This document shows positions 56,157 to 60,553 of a DNA stretch of 60,553 nucleotides, piece by piece; within the stretch, counting starts at the first letter, position 1, and every line of letters begins with the position of its first letter. The stretch is taken from contig JAKIVU010000001.1 of the NCBI GenBank assembly GCA_022750375.1, positions 96,695-157,247 on the forward strand, written 5' to 3'. Below the pieces are notes generated by a model that worked only from the letters and a program-made list of their open reading frames with translations, ran no database searches and was not told the DNA's origin. This DNA is from Thermoplasmata archaeon (GTDB taxonomy: Archaea > Thermoplasmatota > Thermoplasmata > Lutacidiplasmatales > UBA184). The translations under genes and the position numbers were made by a program.

Positions 56157-56347
56157 GACGGCGCCCCTCGAGGCCGAACGAGGGTCGAAGCCGCTTAACG
56201 ATTTGGCCCCGTAGCGCGGGGTCTCGTGCACCCTCGGGCGTCGCCCAGGGTCGCGCCACGCCCGGAGGGGGGAGCCCTGGTGGAAGGGTCGGAGGAGGAG
56301 GCCCGCGAGCCGTCTTATGTAGTGCCGCCGTCGGTCACCTACCCCCA

Positions 56348-56425
56348 ATGAAGACGGTTCGTTTTTCGGCGGCCGGAGCCACTCTCGAATTCACGATCGA
56401 CGTCGGCGCCATGCTCCTGCCGTAG
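56348..56425 (+). CDS. Candidate 25-aa small ORF (MKTVRFSAAGATLEFTIDVGAMLLP)
   Basis: ATG about 26 nt after a TATA-like TTATGTA; C/G-ending codons in its second half; stop 14 nt before the next ATG. Confidence 0.35.
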   Translation: MKTVRFSAAGATLEFTIDVGAMLLP

Positions 56426-56439
56426 AGAGGCGTTTTCGA

Positions 56440-56796
56440 ATGGGCGAGATCGAACAACTCTTGGCGGACGTCGGTCGTCGGTTCCAGCCGGAGCTCCAGT
56501 CGCGCTTGAAAGGATTGTTCGGTGGGATCATGCAGAGCTACCTGCCCCAGGTGTGGGTCTTCGAGACCGGCGACGAGACCGCCTCCCTGCTCGTCGACAA
56601 ATCCGGTGCGGTCTCTGCGGTCGGCGGCGCGGCGCCCCACCCGGATGTTACCGTAAAGATCCCACGTGAACGCCTCGTCGCCGCGTTGAAGACCCGAGAC
56701 AAGGCGCAGGTCCCTCCCGGACCCCTGACCGTGACGCCCCACACCACGAAGGGCAAGACCGCGTTCGACTACCTTCGGTCGCGCCTGGGACTCTAG
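56440..56796 (+). CDS. Small alpha/beta protein, possibly SCP2 lipid-binding fold
   Basis: 118 aa; WVFE...ASLLVD..G.V..V.G....PDVTVKI pattern resembles SCP2. Confidence 0.6.
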   Translation: MGEIEQLLADVGRRFQPELQSRLKGLFGGIMQSYLPQVWVFETGDETASLLVDKSGAVSAVGGAAPHPDVTVKIPRERLVAALKTRDKAQVPPGPLTVTPHTTKGKTAFDYLRSRLGL

Positions 56797-56932
56797 AGTG
56801 TTCACGCCGAGTGCGCAACGTTATTCCTGAGCTTCCCACTCGAACGCCGGAATCGGTGGGGCGGACGTCGATGCGGTGGTGGGACGAGAACGAGGGGGTC
56901 GCGCGCGTGACGCAGCGACCGCATCCACGAGG

Positions 56933-58237
56933 GTGAGCATCGTGGAATCCTCTCCGCCTCCCGGGGCCGCTCCGTTGCCGCCCTCGGCGCCGCCCAAGGA
57001 CGACCCCAGCGCCCGACCGAGCTTCCGACGCGCGCTCTCGAACCGCCCGTTCTTCCTGCTCTGGAGCTCCCAACTGATCTCCCAGTCGGGCGACTTCATT
57101 TTCGATGTCGCCTTGCTCTGGCTCGTTCTCCAGACGACGGGCTCGGTCTTCGCGGTCAGCCTCGTCGTCGTCGCGACCCTCGTTCCGACCGTCCTGCTCG
57201 GTCCCGTGCTCGGAGTCTACGTGGACCGGTGGCCCCGCCGTACGATCCTGCTCGGGACCAACGTGGCGCAGGGGGTGCTCGTGCTCGTTCTCTCCGGCCT
57301 CGTGCTCGCCCACGCCACCGACCTCACTTTCATCATCGCGATCGTGTTCGCGCTCGGCGTCGGCGCCCAGTTCGTCCGCGTGACCTCGAACGCCCTGATC
57401 CCGCAGACGGTCGGCACGCCGGATCTCGCGACCGCGAACAGTCTGCTCTCGTTCAGCAACTCGACGACCCAGGTCGTCGGCCTTTCGATCGGGGGGGTCG
57501 TGGTCGCCCTGTTCGGGGTCGAACTGCCGATCGCCTACGACGCGCTCACGTTCTTCGCGGCGGCCTTGATCGTACTGTTGATGTCGGCCACGATCGGCCG
57601 ACCCGAACCGTCCCCGACCGGAGCTCCGACCGGATTCGTCGAGGATTTCGTCGAGGGGTTCCGCTACGTGGTCGGGCAACGATTCCTGCTCGAGCTGATC
57701 GCGGTCGGGCTGGTCGTGAACTTCGCCGGGAACGCGGCGTTCACCCTGTGGGCCCCGTACGCCGACCTCGTCCTGCACGGCGGCGCGGCGACGTACGGGT
57801 TCCTCGGGGCGATGATCGCGGTCGGGGCGATCGTCGGCGCGCTCGTCGTCGGCAAGTTGAACATGCGCCCGAACGCGGGCCGGTACATCTTCGCCGGGCT
57901 CTTCGGCTTCGGACTTTTCGTCATTGCCCTCGGACTCACCCGGTCGATCCCGCTCGCGCTCGGCGAGGCGTTCGGGGTCGGGTTCATCACGTCGGTGATC
58001 AACATCCCTCTCCTCACGGCGGTGCAGGCGAGGGTCCCGACGCGGCTGATGGGGCGCGTGATGTCCGTCCTCCTCGGACTGATCCTGGCGGCCGCGCCGT
58101 TCGGGGCGTTCTTCGCCGGCTCGCTCGCGATCGCGACCTCGATCGAGTTCGTCTTCGTCGCCGCGGGCCTGCTCGTCATCGCCGCCGGGGCGGTCGGCGC
58201 GGTGACGATGCGCGACGTCCGCTCCCTGACCTACTGA
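56933..58237 (+). CDS. MFS transporter (macrolide-efflux/EntS-like family)
   Basis: FFLLW.SQLISQ.GD, GVYVDRWPRR (motif A), Q.RVP..LMGRV; about 12 TM. Start approximate. Confidence 0.92.
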   Translation: MSIVESSPPPGAAPLPPSAPPKDDPSARPSFRRALSNRPFFLLWSSQLISQSGDFIFDVALLWLVLQTTGSVFAVSLVVVATLVPTVLLGPVLGVYVDRWPRRTILLGTNVAQGVLVLVLSGLVLAHATDLTFIIAIVFALGVGAQFVRVTSNALIPQTVGTPDLATANSLLSFSNSTTQVVGLSIGGVVVALFGVELPIAYDALTFFAAALIVLLMSATIGRPEPSPTGAPTGFVEDFVEGFRYVVGQRFLLELIAVGLVVNFAGNAAFTLWAPYADLVLHGGAATYGFLGAMIAVGAIVGALVVGKLNMRPNAGRYIFAGLFGFGLFVIALGLTRSIPLALGEAFGVGFITSVINIPLLTAVQARVPTRLMGRVMSVLLGLILAAAPFGAFFAGSLAIATSIEFVFVAAGLLVIAAGAVGAVTMRDVRSLTY

Positions 58238-58270
58238 GCCGGGCGCCGGCCGGGGCGCCGAGGGGGGCGC

Positions 58271-58711
58271 CTAGCCGAGCTCGCGGAGCCGGCGCGTCAT
58301 CTTGACGACGGCCCGTACGGCGTTCCCCGCGTTCTCGATCCGGTCCTGCGCCTGGAGCCGGGTCTCGCCGGGCCCGGAGATGCCGAGGCCCAGCGGCTTC
58401 CCGAACTCGACCGAGAGGTCCGTCAGCTTTCGGGCCGCCTGGTTCATGACGACCTCGTCGTGGTTCGTCTCGCCTTCGATGACGGCACCGAGCGCGACGA
58501 CCGCATCGACCTCCGAGCGCCCGAAGAGGACCTTGACGGCGAGCGGCATGTCGTAGACGCCGGGGGTCTTGACGACCGGTCCGAGCGTGGCGCCGAGGAA
58601 GTCGACCTCCTCCTTCGCCCGCTCGAGCATCATGAGCGTGATGTCGTAGTTGTATTCGCTCGCCACGATCGCCACCGTCACGCCCTTTCCTTCCTTGTTC
58701 TTCTTCGCCAT
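58271..58711 (-). CDS. ribH: 6,7-dimethyl-8-ribityllumazine synthase
   Basis: AIVASEYN, PGVYDMPL, LGAVIEGET.HD, GISGPG. Confidence 0.95.
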   Translation of the reverse strand: MAKKNKEGKGVTVAIVASEYNYDITLMMLERAKEEVDFLGATLGPVVKTPGVYDMPLAVKVLFGRSEVDAVVALGAVIEGETNHDEVVMNQAARKLTDLSVEFGKPLGLGISGPGETRLQAQDRIENAGNAVRAVVKMTRRLRELG

Positions 58712-58732
58712 CGTTGTTGCTCCGTTGGATCG

Positions 58733-60362
<1,630 letters not shown>

Positions 60363-60384
60363 GCCCTGTTCATCCCGATTCGGC

Positions 60385-60417
60385 TAATAAAACAGTTGTA
60401 GATACCCAAAAATGGGT
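60385..60417 (-). promoter_or_regulatory. rib operon promoter (TATA 60385-60392) with an upstream palindrome ACCCA-AAAA-TGGGT (60404-60417)
   Basis: TTTTATTA about 23 nt upstream of the ribB ATG; perfect 5-bp inverted repeat 11 nt further upstream. Confidence 0.6.
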
Positions 60418-60507
60418 TGATGGCCGATAGGAGAGGAGAGACGAGCGTAGTAGCGTCAGCACGTCGGATCGCGACCCGAATCACCGACCGGGACGGTCGG
60501 CGTTCTT

Positions 60508-60553
60508 AGGAGGTGATCCATCTGCAGGTTCCCCTACAGATACCTTGTTACGA
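60508..60553 (-). rRNA. 16S rRNA, 3' end (partial)
   Basis: Reverse complement TCGTAACAAGGTATCTGTAGGGGAACCTGCAGATGGATCACCTCCT: the GTAACAAGG conserved block, helix 45 with GGAA loop, and the anti-SD tail. Confidence 0.97.

Overview
High-GC archaeal chromosomal segment, most likely from a Thermoplasmata-type organism. This rests on archaeal PurP, TFB, PriL, Csl4, SRP54 and RibL/RibC, an intron-containing tRNA, and a 16S rRNA 3' end with no tRNA-Ala or 23S gene after it. Most of the window is housekeeping: purP, tfb, rps2-eno, pheS/T, srp54, pth2, rpe, lig, csl4, priL, rtcB and a ribB-ribL-ribC-ribH operon. It also holds a surface protein-scavenging set: a 12-blade Kelch protein, two membrane-anchored S53 sedolisins, a site-2 protease, and an enlarged Opp/Dpp ABC transporter whose binding protein sits on a six-repeat stalk. 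A small accessory block at about 6.8-10.9 kb carries a transposase remnant, a DHFR-like protein, an HxlR regulator, a tautomerase, a DsbA-like protein and a peroxiredoxin. The most notable element is the operon at 51.8-56.2 kb: biotin ligase, acyl-CoA carboxyltransferase (12S-like), pyruvate/oxaloacetate carboxyltransferase (5S-like) and biotin carrier, with no biotin carboxylase and no Na+-pump subunit. That is the gene set of an ATP-independent methylmalonyl-CoA:pyruvate transcarboxylase, apparently built on a split PCC/MCC-type docking (BT) domain. Methylmalonyl-CoA mutase and epimerase are encoded in the same window. All calls come from reading translated sequence by eye; no searches were run.
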